Counted from the stretch's first letter, positions 27,879-37,148 are shown. The stretch: 64,000 nt of DNA from Patescibacteria group bacterium (GCA_040384285.1 JAZKJN010000010.1:11995-75994), one strand, 5' to 3'. The notes: generated by a model not told the origin, from the sequence alone. Made by a program: numbers and translations.

Positions 27879-27951
27879 TGCGCCTAGTTGGAATCGAACC
27901 AACGACCCACTCCTTAAAAGGGAGATGCTCTACCAACTGAGCTATAGGCGC
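27879..27951 (-). tRNA. tRNA-Lys (anticodon TTT)
   Basis: Hand-folded cloverleaf. Acceptor GCGCCTA/TAGGCGC, D arm GCTC-AGTTGGTA-GAGC, anticodon loop CTTTTAA, T arm GTTGG-TTCGATT-CCAAC, discriminator A. Confidence 0.9.
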
Positions 27952-28007
27952 AATGAAAAGATATTACCACAAAAGAGGAAATTGGCTAGCGGACACGGAC
28001 GGTATAG

Positions 28008-28376
28008 CTAGAGTGGAAGGTCGAAAGCAAAGAATCCTCCGCCCGTAAACACAAGCGAGAGGGCCATTGCCAAAAGGAGAATATAGTAATTGACTCCGTT
28101 TGAAAGAAGGGCTTTTTCCTGCACTTTGTGTCCAAGCTTTATGATGAGGATGAGGACATTCAAAAGAGCAGCCAGCTGTGTGAAAAGTCCAATAATGATG
28201 CAGAAAGCAATTGCTACTTCAGCTATCCCGTATATCTTGCTATTGCTTCCAGAACTTTTACCCACACCTTTAATCTTCAAATATCCAAAGTATGCGAGAG
28301 TTCCTCCGAGGACCAGTCGTATGATGAGGGGAGCGAAACCTTGCAATGCGAGAGCGTCAGGAAAAATTGAAAGCAT
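28008..28376 (-). CDS. DoxX-family membrane protein
   Basis: Hydrophobic 4-TM protein with the DoxX-like start MLSIFPDALALQGFAPLIIRLVLGGTLAYFGYLKIKG. The listed ORF extends to 28484 through an unlikely N-terminal extension. Confidence 0.5.
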   Translation of the reverse strand: MLSIFPDALALQGFAPLIIRLVLGGTLAYFGYLKIKGVGKSSGSNSKIYGIAEVAIAFCIIIGLFTQLAALLNVLILIIKLGHKVQEKALLSNGVNYYILLLAMALSLVFTGGGFFAFDLPL

Positions 28377-28556
28377 ATATTTTATGTTAGATGTCTTTAT
28401 ACTAGCACGATTGACTTTTAAAGGAAAAAGCGTAATTTGAAGACAGGTTTGCACGTTGTAAACCGCCCTTGAAAAGGGGTACAAAACAACTACGACTGTT
28501 CTGGTGAAAACTGGAGTGGAAGTAAACTGAATGCCTGAAAAGGCTGAAAGGTAAAA

Positions 28557-29291
28557 ATGCAGAATGCAGAAAAAGTCAGAGAATTACTCCTCAGTGCTAA
28601 TGCAATAAATGCTGAAGCGGAACGACCGAGTCAATCAGCTCTCCTCCTCGATTTTCTTGCGGGAGAGTACGATCACGATTATAAGATCCACAAAGTGGTC
28701 GAAGGCTTGTTTCATGGTCCTCGAAACGAAGGGGAAAAGCATCTTCCAAATTCTCCGTGGGGATGTTATTACGCACTGAAAGCAACAGCACTTGCTTGCG
28801 GTGTTAAGGCGGAGAAAATTCCGTTGTATGTCACCTCTTCTTTTCGAACGTTACAAGGCTGTGGAGATTTTTCCCGAGAAAAGGTACGTTTACAAGACGC
28901 AGGTCCTGCCATCATGCTTGCTCTTTTCGAGATTCCAGAATCTTTGTCCTGCGGCATCTATTCTATGTATTTACAGAATCTCACGGACTTGCTTTTGGAG
29001 ATAGTTAACCGCGACTGGCTTCGTGGGATTAAATGTCCGGCGAAATTCTCCTCAGAGATTTCTAGCGCGCTTGCCGTGATGGTTCGAAAGGAGGGTTTTC
29101 GTCGATGGGATATGTTGGAAAAAACGGTTTGCGCCTGCCAAGGAGAAGAACCTATCTTGGTCAAAAACCCTTCGGAACTCGAAGGTATCATCATTGATAT
29201 TTTCTCACACCGAATCTTTGAAAGGTTGGGGCGAAGTCGGCGCATCAATATGCTGGTAAAAGCCCTTGGGCCTTTGGAGTCTAAACTATAG
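28557..29291 (+). CDS. hypothetical protein (244 aa), Cys-containing, compositionally GC-richer
   Basis: No family recognised. Followed by a clean terminator (GGCGCC-TGAAACAT-GGCGC-T7 at 29302-29327). Confidence 0.45.
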   Translation: MQNAEKVRELLLSANAINAEAERPSQSALLLDFLAGEYDHDYKIHKVVEGLFHGPRNEGEKHLPNSPWGCYYALKATALACGVKAEKIPLYVTSSFRTLQGCGDFSREKVRLQDAGPAIMLALFEIPESLSCGIYSMYLQNLTDLLLEIVNRDWLRGIKCPAKFSSEISSALAVMVRKEGFRRWDMLEKTVCACQGEEPILVKNPSELEGIIIDIFSHRIFERLGRSRRINMLVKALGPLESKL

Positions 29292-29342
29292 TTGATTGGA
29301 CGGCGCCTGAAACATGGCGCTTTTTTTATTTTCATATAGAGT

Positions 29343-29813
29343 ATGGACATGAAGATATCAATACTTCTCCACGACATCCGCAGTACACACAACGTAGGAG
29401 CAGTACTTCGTACGGCTGATGCTGTTGGTGTTTCAAAAGTATATTTCTCAGGCTTCACTCCCGCACCTATTGATCGTTTTGGTCGTGCAAGAAAGGATAT
29501 TGCAAAGGCATCTCTCGGTGCAGAAAAGACTGTGCCTTGGGAAGTGGTTCTCGATCCGAAAGAATTAATCAAGAAACTCAAAGGAGAAAAGGTGAGAATA
29601 GTTGCTCTCGAGCAAAATAAAAAATCAATCGACTACACACAGATTACAAAGACAAAAGATATGCTCGTTGTTCTCGGGCGTGAAGTTGAGGGTGTCGAAG
29701 AGGGGATACTCAAGCTCTGTGATGAGATCGTAGAGATCCCGATGAGGGGAACAAAGGAGTCACTCAATGTTTCTGTTGCTACAGGAATTTTGCTCTACAA
29801 GATTATCGAGTAA
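29343..29813 (+). CDS. SpoU/TrmH-family RNA 2'-O-methyltransferase
   Basis: SPOUT motifs: LHDIRSTHNVGAVLRTADAVGV, VVLGREVEGV, and IPMRGTKESLNVSVATGILLY. Confidence 0.8.
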   Translation: MDMKISILLHDIRSTHNVGAVLRTADAVGVSKVYFSGFTPAPIDRFGRARKDIAKASLGAEKTVPWEVVLDPKELIKKLKGEKVRIVALEQNKKSIDYTQITKTKDMLVVLGREVEGVEEGILKLCDEIVEIPMRGTKESLNVSVATGILLYKIIE

Positions 29814-30687
29814 CTTTGGTCGAAAGTTTCTGATGCACATTGCAATAGTGTGTGCCTCGTCCAGCAACCACAATACGGACGATCCTACCCGAACAGCCTT
29901 TTTTGGAACATTCCTCATTTGTTTTTCTATACGCCTGATGCTGCTCTTGAAACTTTCCACGCTTACCATCGATGTTTCTATAGTCAGACATAGAGTCACC
30001 ACCAAAATCAATTCCTCTCCGCAAGGTGGTTTGAATTGCTTCATAAAGTTTCTTTAGTTTTTTCTCTGGAATTTTTGAAACTTTTTCTTCAGGATGTATC
30101 TCTGCACGGAAAAGACTTTCGTCTGCATAGATATTTCCGATACCTGCAATGATCGATTGGTCCATGAGTGTTGGTTTGATTTTTCCTTCCGGTTTCAAAG
30201 AGACACGATCCTTGAAAACTTTGTACGTGAAGGCTTTTTCCAAAGGTTCTGGTCCGATACCTTTGAGATGATCAGTTTCGTGCATGGTGTCAGTTTCCAC
30301 CACTGTCACTTTTGCAAATTTGCGCATATCAGAAAGCTCCACATTTTTCCCGTTTGAGAGATACAAGATGAAATGGATAAAGCGGTTGAAGGGATCTCCA
30401 CGATCGTAGTCGCCATAGAGGAGATGCCCCGTCATCTTCATGTGGACAATGATGGTTCGATTGTTTGAGAGATGAATTAGAACATTTTTGGCACGACGAG
30501 AAACGTCGACAATCTTTGCACCTCGCACATCTTTTTTGAAAAGCTTAAAGTACGCAGGATCTTTGATTGTTTCTGAACCAGTAAAATATGTACTGTTGTA
30601 GTCAGTCCATACGTCAGTGATAGTAAGGTTTAAGATTTTCTTTTTGAGACCTGAAACTGTGGTTTGTACTTCGGGCAATTCTGGCAT
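29803..30687 (-). CDS. mutM: formamidopyrimidine-DNA glycosylase
   Basis: N-terminal PELPEVQ with the catalytic Pro2 and Glu3. C-terminal zinc finger CSKKGCSGRIVRIVVAGRGTHYCNVHQ. Confidence 0.9.
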   Translation of the reverse strand: MPELPEVQTTVSGLKKKILNLTITDVWTDYNSTYFTGSETIKDPAYFKLFKKDVRGAKIVDVSRRAKNVLIHLSNNRTIIVHMKMTGHLLYGDYDRGDPFNRFIHFILYLSNGKNVELSDMRKFAKVTVVETDTMHETDHLKGIGPEPLEKAFTYKVFKDRVSLKPEGKIKPTLMDQSIIAGIGNIYADESLFRAEIHPEEKVSKIPEKKLKKLYEAIQTTLRRGIDFGGDSMSDYRNIDGKRGKFQEQHQAYRKTNEECSKKGCSGRIVRIVVAGRGTHYCNVHQKLSTKVTR

Positions 30688-30721
30688 ACAATTCTTATAT
30701 CACTTTTCGATATAGTTCTCA

Positions 30722-31975
30722 ATGAAACATCTATTTATAGCTTTTTGTGCAGTCGTCTTACTCGGAGTTCCGTGGCTTGTTCGCACCTATCCGCAAAGTA
30801 CTACGTACATCGACACTGCGTTCTCATATATCCACGAAAATCTCGCAGCGCTTCTTTTGGGAAATCCTGTTACGGTTGCTGAACTTCAGAATAAATATAA
30901 GAGAGCACCTCGAAGAGAGAACCCTGTAAAGATTCTTCTCATGCCGGGTCATGAACCAGGGTATGGGGGAGCGGAATATGGAAATCTTCGAGAACGTGAG
31001 CTCAATGTAGAGCTTGCGAGCTATCTTGAGGAACTTTTGGACAAGAACGAACACTACGAAGTGATCGTCGCACGGGACAATGAAGTGTGGAATCCTGTTC
31101 TTGCAACATATTTTTCAGAAAATTGGCAAAGCATCATTTCCTTTTTTGAAAGTCATCGAGATGCCATGCTCTACTCGCTCAGTGTTGGAGCTGTGACAAA
31201 ACCAAAAGATCCAATACATCACAACAGCGCTCCTCGAGATATTGCCCTACGTCTCTACGGTATCAACAAATGGGTGAATGAAAATGACGTTGATATTGCA
31301 GTGCATATTCATTTCAATGACTATCCCCGAAGAAATTCTCAGGTTGAAGGAAAACATACTGGACTTGCAATCTATGTTCCTGAACGGCAATATCAAAACA
31401 GTACAACCACACGTGCAGTGGCAGATTTCATTTTCAAAAGACTTCTCCACTACAGTGCGGTGAGCGACCTTCCAAAGGAGGAAGAGGGAATCATCGAGGA
31501 GCAGGAACTCATTGCCATCGGTTCTCATAACACAGTAGATGCTGCGAGCATGCTCATCGAATACGGATATATCTATCAGCCAGAGCTTCAAACTCCAGAG
31601 ATGAGAGAGCTTGCTCTACGGGAACTAGCATTCCAAACATACCTTGGTCTTCAGGATTTCTTTGGTAGTGGAAATGATGTATCTTTTAACTTCAATACAC
31701 TCGTTCTGCCACATACATGGAATGAGGATATAAAAAAACAAGCAACACCAACACGAGATGTCTTTGCTCTTCAGACTGCGCTCATCCTTGAAGGTCTATA
31801 TCCTCCAGCGGGGAATACAAAAAATGAATGTCCTCGTACAGGAAAGTTTGGTCCATGTACAGAAAAAGCACTTACTGAATTTCAAAAGAAATATTCTATA
31901 ACAGGTGAACACGCTTTGGTCGGAGAAAAGACGCGATCAATCTTAAATTCCCGATACTCTCCGCAAGCCTACTAG
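30722..31975 (+). CDS. N-acetylmuramoyl-L-alanine amidase (Amidase_3) with a C-terminal peptidoglycan-binding domain
   Basis: Signal/TM anchor. Amidase_3 motifs LLMPGHEPGYGG, VHIHFNDY and LIEYGYI. The C-terminus has a PG_binding_1-like LQTALILEGLYP...GKFGPCTEKALTEFQKKY. Confidence 0.65.
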   Translation: MKHLFIAFCAVVLLGVPWLVRTYPQSTTYIDTAFSYIHENLAALLLGNPVTVAELQNKYKRAPRRENPVKILLMPGHEPGYGGAEYGNLRERELNVELASYLEELLDKNEHYEVIVARDNEVWNPVLATYFSENWQSIISFFESHRDAMLYSLSVGAVTKPKDPIHHNSAPRDIALRLYGINKWVNENDVDIAVHIHFNDYPRRNSQVEGKHTGLAIYVPERQYQNSTTTRAVADFIFKRLLHYSAVSDLPKEEEGIIEEQELIAIGSHNTVDAASMLIEYGYIYQPELQTPEMRELALRELAFQTYLGLQDFFGSGNDVSFNFNTLVLPHTWNEDIKKQATPTRDVFALQTALILEGLYPPAGNTKNECPRTGKFGPCTEKALTEFQKKYSITGEHALVGEKTRSILNSRYSPQAY

Positions 31976-33313
31976 TTCTTCTCGAGTGACCTCTGCATCA
32001 TTCCAAGGAATCTTTGATCCATTTGCACCCATGATATATGGATCAGTGCCTTTGCCGGTGATGAGTACTGTGTCTCCAGTTTGCGCCTTGCTCAAAGCTT
32101 CGCGTATGGCAGCTCTGCGATCCATGATGATTGTATAGTTGCTTGGGGCAATGCCTTCGGCAACGTCTTTTACGATAGCTTCAGGATCTTCGTCGTAGGG
32201 ATCCTCATTGGTAAGTATGATGTCATCACAATACGCATCCGCAATACGCCCCATCTCTTTTCGCTTCCAGCTATCCCGGCCACCACCAGTTCCTCCGAGC
32301 ACACAGATATTCTTTGACCCTTCAAATACTTGGTAGAGCTTTTCCAGCGAGTCGGGTGTGTGCGCGTAGTCGACAATGACAGTGAAGTCCTGTCCTTCAT
32401 TGATCCTTTCTACACGGCCTTTGACTCCGCTAAATTTTTCGACGGCACGAATGATAATTTCTTGTGAGACTCCAAAGCTCTGCACACAGGCGATAGATCC
32501 CAAAAGATTATAAAGATTAAACATTCCTGAAAGGGGAGAATGGACCGAGGTACCTCCGAGAGAGAAATCAATTCCGCTCGGATCGAGTTTGAAAGGTTGT
32601 GCATCTTTTGCACTGTAGGTGATTTTCTTTTCTGCGATGCAGGCAAGAAACTTTCCTGATTCTACATCGTCTGCATTTGCCACGATGGTACGAGGACGTT
32701 TCTTTGAGTGTTCCATGCCTCGTGCAATCTGGAGTTTTGCATCTCGATATTTTTCATATGATCCATGAGACTCGATATGTTCTGGTGAAAGGTTGGTAAA
32801 GACGAGAGCGTCAAGATCGATAAACTTGTGTCGATACTGAAGCACTGCTTGGGAAGTGATCTCGAGTACGACATAGTCGCATCCCGCGCGGACTGCCTTT
32901 CGGAGGAATCCTTGTACAAAAAATCTTCCCGGCAAGGACATTTTGAACATATTGTCCGCCGATCGATCCGCGATCTTTTGGCGAATCGTGTTTGAAACGG
33001 CCGTCACATATCCCGCTTCTTCGAGAAGTGCATTGATAATTTCTACCGTTGTGCTTTTTCCTTTTGTTCCGGTGACTCCGATCACTTTGATCTGACGTGA
33101 GGGAAAACGAAAGAAAAGTGCGCCCAGAAGAGAGAGGGAATAATGGTAAGTAGGCTGAAGGTACGAATAGATCTTGAGGGGTATTATTTTTTTGACGTTA
33201 CGGAGAATTTTTTCCATAAGGATATTTATGAATCTAACATGTTTCAGTATGTAAGAAAAGCCAGATCTAGTCGTCTGAAATGTAGGTGGTGTGATTATTA
33301 GTCTAACCTTCAC
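31943..33313 (-). CDS. Mur ligase family protein, MurE-like (UDP-MurNAc-tripeptide synthetase)
   Basis: P-loop VIGVTGTKGKSTT, with Mur-ligase middle and C-terminal domains. Its 3' end overlaps the amidase gene tail by 33 nt, converging. Confidence 0.6.
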   Translation of the reverse strand: MKVRLIITPPTFQTTRSGFSYILKHVRFINILMEKILRNVKKIIPLKIYSYLQPTYHYSLSLLGALFFRFPSRQIKVIGVTGTKGKSTTVEIINALLEEAGYVTAVSNTIRQKIADRSADNMFKMSLPGRFFVQGFLRKAVRAGCDYVVLEITSQAVLQYRHKFIDLDALVFTNLSPEHIESHGSYEKYRDAKLQIARGMEHSKKRPRTIVANADDVESGKFLACIAEKKITYSAKDAQPFKLDPSGIDFSLGGTSVHSPLSGMFNLYNLLGSIACVQSFGVSQEIIIRAVEKFSGVKGRVERINEGQDFTVIVDYAHTPDSLEKLYQVFEGSKNICVLGGTGGGRDSWKRKEMGRIADAYCDDIILTNEDPYDEDPEAIVKDVAEGIAPSNYTIIMDRRAAIREALSKAQTGDTVLITGKGTDPYIMGANGSKIPWNDAEVTREELVGLRRVSGI

Positions 33314-33329
33314 TACTTATACAAACACT

Positions 33330-33953
33330 ATGTCTATAAAAAATATTGTCAAAACGACTGTCGTGGTTTCTCTTTTTGTTTTTGCCTTTCTGACCGTCAC
33401 GCTTTCTGTGCATGCGCAAACATATGTCAACACAGGAAATGAGCCGGCCTATACTTCATATGGAACGTACCTTCCTGAAGATACGGAATATGAGATAAAC
33501 GGAGTTTCATATACTGCCAATGGTAGTAACTATATTCCTACCGGCACAGTTTATACTGTAGATGGAGTGAGGTATGTAGGAGGTGTTATCGGCGCACAGC
33601 CACAGGGCACGCCAAGTACGGCTACAGGAGCTGGTAATTATACCTATGTTCCTGCCGGCACGGTCTACACTGTCAATGGAACAGCATATGCAAATTCAAA
33701 TGGTACTTATGTGCCGAACGGATCGACATATACAGTAAACGGAGTGATGTATGTTGCAAATGGAGGAACATACTATAGTGGAATGCCAGGGGGAGTAAGT
33801 GTCATTCCTACAATTCCCACAACTCCAACATTTCCGAGCACAGGTCTCGGAGGAAATGCTTCTTTGAATTGGAGCATACTTCTCGCAATCGCGTTTGTGG
33901 GGGCAATCGGCGCGGTATATATGAGTCGACGCAATGAATCTTTTTCAAGATAG
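33330..33953 (+). CDS. cell-surface repeat protein with a C-terminal sortase-type sorting signal (FPSTG plus TM plus basic tail)
   Basis: Signal peptide, then four degenerate ~20-aa repeats (..GTVYTVDG.., ..GTVYTVNG.., ..GSTYTVNG..). The C-terminus reads TFPSTG-LGGNASLNWSILLAIAFVGAIGAVY-MSRRNE. I place the start at MSIKNIV..., inside the listed ORF. Confidence 0.5.
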   Translation: MSIKNIVKTTVVVSLFVFAFLTVTLSVHAQTYVNTGNEPAYTSYGTYLPEDTEYEINGVSYTANGSNYIPTGTVYTVDGVRYVGGVIGAQPQGTPSTATGAGNYTYVPAGTVYTVNGTAYANSNGTYVPNGSTYTVNGVMYVANGGTYYSGMPGGVSVIPTIPTTPTFPSTGLGGNASLNWSILLAIAFVGAIGAVYMSRRNESFSR

Positions 33954-34521
33954 TATCGTCACAAAATTTCTCGCAGGAGCCATGACCTTCTTGGGCATGG
34001 CTTTTGCCCATACATCGCTCTACGTGAGCGATGAGCAGGTGGCACAGGCCTCTCCTCCTCTTGTGATAGCTCCTGAGCTCCCATCTCATCTTTTTATTCC
34101 TTCACTTGAAATCAATGCAAATATTCAACATGTTGGTCTCACTACAACTGGTGCAATGGCTTCGCCAAAAGGTTTTGTTGATGCGGGATGGTACAGACAC
34201 GGAGTGATCCCGGGGCAAGAGGGAGGCGCTGTGTTTGCAGGACATCTCGATAACGGACTCGCATTGCCGGGAGTTTTTAAAAATCTTGCGAAGGTTGGTA
34301 TTGGAGCAGATGTGTATGTCACGACTGAAGAAAAAACTACCCTTCACTTTGTCGTCACCGATGTTGATTCGTATGATTATAAAAACACTCCTGATGAACT
34401 CGTATTCAATGACAGGGGACCGGGTTCACGTATACGCCTCATCACCTGTGTGGGGAAGTGGGTACAAGCAGACAAAACATATGACAAGCGTTTAGTTGTC
34501 ACTGCAAAGCTTGTTCCATAA
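33934..34521 (+). CDS. sortase (transpeptidase) family protein
   Basis: Catalytic His in VFAGHLD, TLxTC-type Cys motif RLITCVG, conserved Arg in DKRLVV, and an N-terminal membrane anchor. It overlaps the substrate gene by 20 nt. Confidence 0.75.
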   Translation: MNLFQDSIVTKFLAGAMTFLGMAFAHTSLYVSDEQVAQASPPLVIAPELPSHLFIPSLEINANIQHVGLTTTGAMASPKGFVDAGWYRHGVIPGQEGGAVFAGHLDNGLALPGVFKNLAKVGIGADVYVTTEEKTTLHFVVTDVDSYDYKNTPDELVFNDRGPGSRIRLITCVGKWVQADKTYDKRLVVTAKLVP

Positions 34522-34527
34522 AACTTT

Positions 34528-35106
34528 TTATTTCCCGAGCATTTTGAGTGCCTCTTTGATCTTCTCGTTTGTAGTCATCAAAGTTTTTGGAAGCTGTTTC
34601 AAAACATCACGCGCTTCGTTCTGTGTATAGCCGAGAGCTTTGAGTGCTTCGAGTGCATCAGAGTCATTTCGCATTGCAGACTCACCTTCAGGGGAGTGAG
34701 TAAGTGTTTTAACTTTGTCTTGGAGCTCGAGAACAATTTTCTCTGCAATTTTCTTGCTGATACCAGAAACCTTTATGAGGTGGCTGGTATCATTGCTATG
34801 TACTGCTCGCTCGAGAGCTTCTACTGATGCGTTGTTGAGGATGCCAAGCGCTGTTTTTGGTCCAATACCTGAAATACCGATGAGGAGCTCAAAAAAGTTG
34901 AGTTCTCCGAGACTTGAGAATCCATAGAGGTCGAGGGCGTCTTCGCGGACGGCGAGATAGGTCCATAGAGTGACGGATTCACCCTCTTTGCCAAGCTTTG
35001 TTACAAGGTCGATAGTTGTCGCCACTTTGTAGCCCACCCCATGTACATCAAGGACGATGTACTTTGGGTTTATGTGCACAATGGTTCCGGAAAGGCGAGA
35101 TATCAT
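34528..35106 (-). CDS. ruvA: Holliday junction DNA helicase RuvA
   Basis: MISRLSGTIVHINPKYIVLDVHGVGYKV... plus HhH motifs (GIGPKTALGIL). 192 aa. Confidence 0.9.
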   Translation of the reverse strand: MISRLSGTIVHINPKYIVLDVHGVGYKVATTIDLVTKLGKEGESVTLWTYLAVREDALDLYGFSSLGELNFFELLIGISGIGPKTALGILNNASVEALERAVHSNDTSHLIKVSGISKKIAEKIVLELQDKVKTLTHSPEGESAMRNDSDALEALKALGYTQNEARDVLKQLPKTLMTTNEKIKEALKMLGK

Positions 35107-35172
35107 GGGTCTATCATAGCCTATCGCTTGTGTTTTTTAAAGCGGTGTGTTAGTTTTGTGATACATAAAAGT

Positions 35173-35436
35173 ATGGCAATAACATCATCAGCAAAGAAAG
35201 CCCTCCGGGCATCAAAGAAAAAGCGAGTGTTCAATCTCCGCAGCAAGGCGGCGATCGATCTTCCTTTGAAGAAGTTCAAGAAGCTTATTAGTGAGAAGAA
35301 GGCAAAGGAAGCAGCAGCCCTCATCCCAGCTCTCTACAAGGCGCTCGACAAGGCAGCAAAGAAAAACATTATCAAAGCCAACAACGCCTCACGACACAAA
35401 TCTCGCATCATGGCAGCACTCAAAAAACTCGGATAA
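35173..35436 (+). CDS. rpsT: 30S ribosomal protein S20
   Basis: MAITSSAKKALRASKKKRVFNLR...KANNASRHKSRIMAALKKLG matches the S20 consensus. The ORF-track entry starts 132 nt too early. Confidence 0.8.
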   Translation: MAITSSAKKALRASKKKRVFNLRSKAAIDLPLKKFKKLISEKKAKEAAALIPALYKALDKAAKKNIIKANNASRHKSRIMAALKKLG

Positions 35437-35504
35437 TCTCCGAGTTTTTTGTTTGCGCGGTATTTTCTTTTAAATCGAGAGTAAATATGCTACTCTCTTT
35501 TTAC

Positions 35505-35579
35505 GCCCTCATCGTTCAATGGATAGGACGCAACTTTGCGGAAGTTGCGATGTAGGTTCGATTCCTACTGAGGGCACCA
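35505..35579 (+). tRNA. tRNA-Arg with anticodon GCG as read (CCA encoded)
   Basis: Hand-folded. Acceptor GCCCTCA/TGAGGGC, D arm GTTC-AATGGATA-GGAC, anticodon stem CAACT/AGTTG with loop TTGCGGA, T arm GTAGG-TTCGATT-CCTAC, discriminator A, then CCA. Confidence 0.8.
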
Positions 35580-35592
35580 AATGTAATTGTTA

Positions 35593-36618
35593 CTAGATAG
35601 CTGGGGTGGAGGTTGAAGGTTCGCTGTATACATTCTGTGCTTCGTTGAGTCGCTCCATCGCTTGTTGCTGATACATAGCTGATTCTGAAGATTTCCTGCG
35701 AGCATCGAAACTTAGAAGAACGATCATAGAAATAAAGAGAAGCGGAATGACCACTGCTCCAAATATCGACAGACCGATAAACCATCCTCGAGCTTTCTTC
35801 TGACCCTGTTCATCGGGTAAGATTTTTGTTGCTTTGAGTCCTTTGAAGATGAAGTAGGAATAGAACGTGAAAATAGGGTAGACCACAGCAAGACCTATTG
35901 CATTTGAGACGAGATTGAAAAGTGTCTGGAAAAGATATGTACTTGCGGAGACTTGAGTCGTTCCAAAGAGTGTCTGTAGATTTTCAACTGAGAATCCTCC
36001 GTTCATAAGAACAAAAAGGACTCCGATAATAGCAACTACGGGAAGTACTATGACTGCCATAATAAGCCCGAGAGCAAGAATTCTTCCAAACACACCCCAC
36101 CAGTTTCCTCGTACATAGTAGAAGCTGGAGATGAGAGCTTTCAAACCTCGTGTATCGTCAGTGACAAGTACATATTGGTAGTATCCGAGATATCCAGAGA
36201 GTGCAATGCCGGGAATGATAAGGAATATGCTTCCGCCCATGCAAATAAGTCCAAACAAAATTCCGATCCACAACAAGGGGAAAAATAGTCCCAACATATC
36301 CTTGTATATCCTTTTCGAATCGAAGGGTACATTTTCCTCGCCATCCTTAATATATTTTATAAGTACGAGGGGGAAGACGATGCTTACCACTGTGCCCGCT
36401 ATCGATAGCAAGAAGGTGATTACAAGTATGATTCCTTTGATGAAACTAGGAGCATGACCAAATGTATTGATCAGAGTAAAGATGGTCCCGAGCACTGTTA
36501 TAGAAAAGGGGATTGCACCCAGCACAAGAAAATTCTTCCAATTTTTCTTGTAAGAGGTCCACGATGTCTTTATAAGTTCTGAAACTTTCGGGAGAACGGC
36601 TACCGTTGGTGTTTCCAT
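35593..36618 (-). CDS. polytopic integral membrane protein of unknown function
   Basis: 341 aa with about 8 hydrophobic helices. No family recognised. Confidence 0.5.
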   Translation of the reverse strand: METPTVAVLPKVSELIKTSWTSYKKNWKNFLVLGAIPFSITVLGTIFTLINTFGHAPSFIKGIILVITFLLSIAGTVVSIVFPLVLIKYIKDGEENVPFDSKRIYKDMLGLFFPLLWIGILFGLICMGGSIFLIIPGIALSGYLGYYQYVLVTDDTRGLKALISSFYYVRGNWWGVFGRILALGLIMAVIVLPVVAIIGVLFVLMNGGFSVENLQTLFGTTQVSASTYLFQTLFNLVSNAIGLAVVYPIFTFYSYFIFKGLKATKILPDEQGQKKARGWFIGLSIFGAVVIPLLFISMIVLLSFDARRKSSESAMYQQQAMERLNEAQNVYSEPSTSTPAI

Positions 36619-36663
36619 GTTTATATAATTATTGCTAAATATGATATAGCCCCAATTATATGC

Positions 36664-37122
36664 CTAAAACCCAAACATTTCCAAAATCTTCTGTGAAAGG
36701 GGTTCGGTGTGTTTTGTTTCAGCAATATAGTTTAAAAGAATCGTACGCACTTCTTCAGGATCAACACCTTCTATGTTGAGTGTGAGGTATGGCATAAAAG
36801 TTTTGTGAGACTTCACCAGTGCTTTTGCTGGACGCTCTTCTGCATCGATCCAAAAAGATTCAAGTCCGAGAAAAGGGTAGAGGATGTCATTGACTACGAT
36901 CCCGCGATCATTGATCTCGTAGTGTACGATCTTTGGATGTTTTGAAGCGTGAACTACAAGTGCAAAGGTTGCAACGATGATAAAAATACCAAAGATCACA
37001 TTGCCAAAGATGACAGCGAGAGCTGCGGCAGTGATAGCGATAATACCGACCGCCCAGTACCAGTCATTATTTTTTTCAGTATGAAAATGCTCTGGAGCAT
37101 CCCACGAGATCAAAGGTTCCAT
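36664..37122 (-). CDS. membrane protein of unknown function
   Basis: 152 aa with two adjacent TM helices near the N-terminus and a soluble C-terminal domain. Confidence 0.45.
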   Translation of the reverse strand: MEPLISWDAPEHFHTEKNNDWYWAVGIIAITAAALAVIFGNVIFGIFIIVATFALVVHASKHPKIVHYEINDRGIVVNDILYPFLGLESFWIDAEERPAKALVKSHKTFMPYLTLNIEGVDPEEVRTILLNYIAETKHTEPLSQKILEMFGF

Positions 37123-37148
37123 GTGAATATTATATCACAAGCTTTTTG

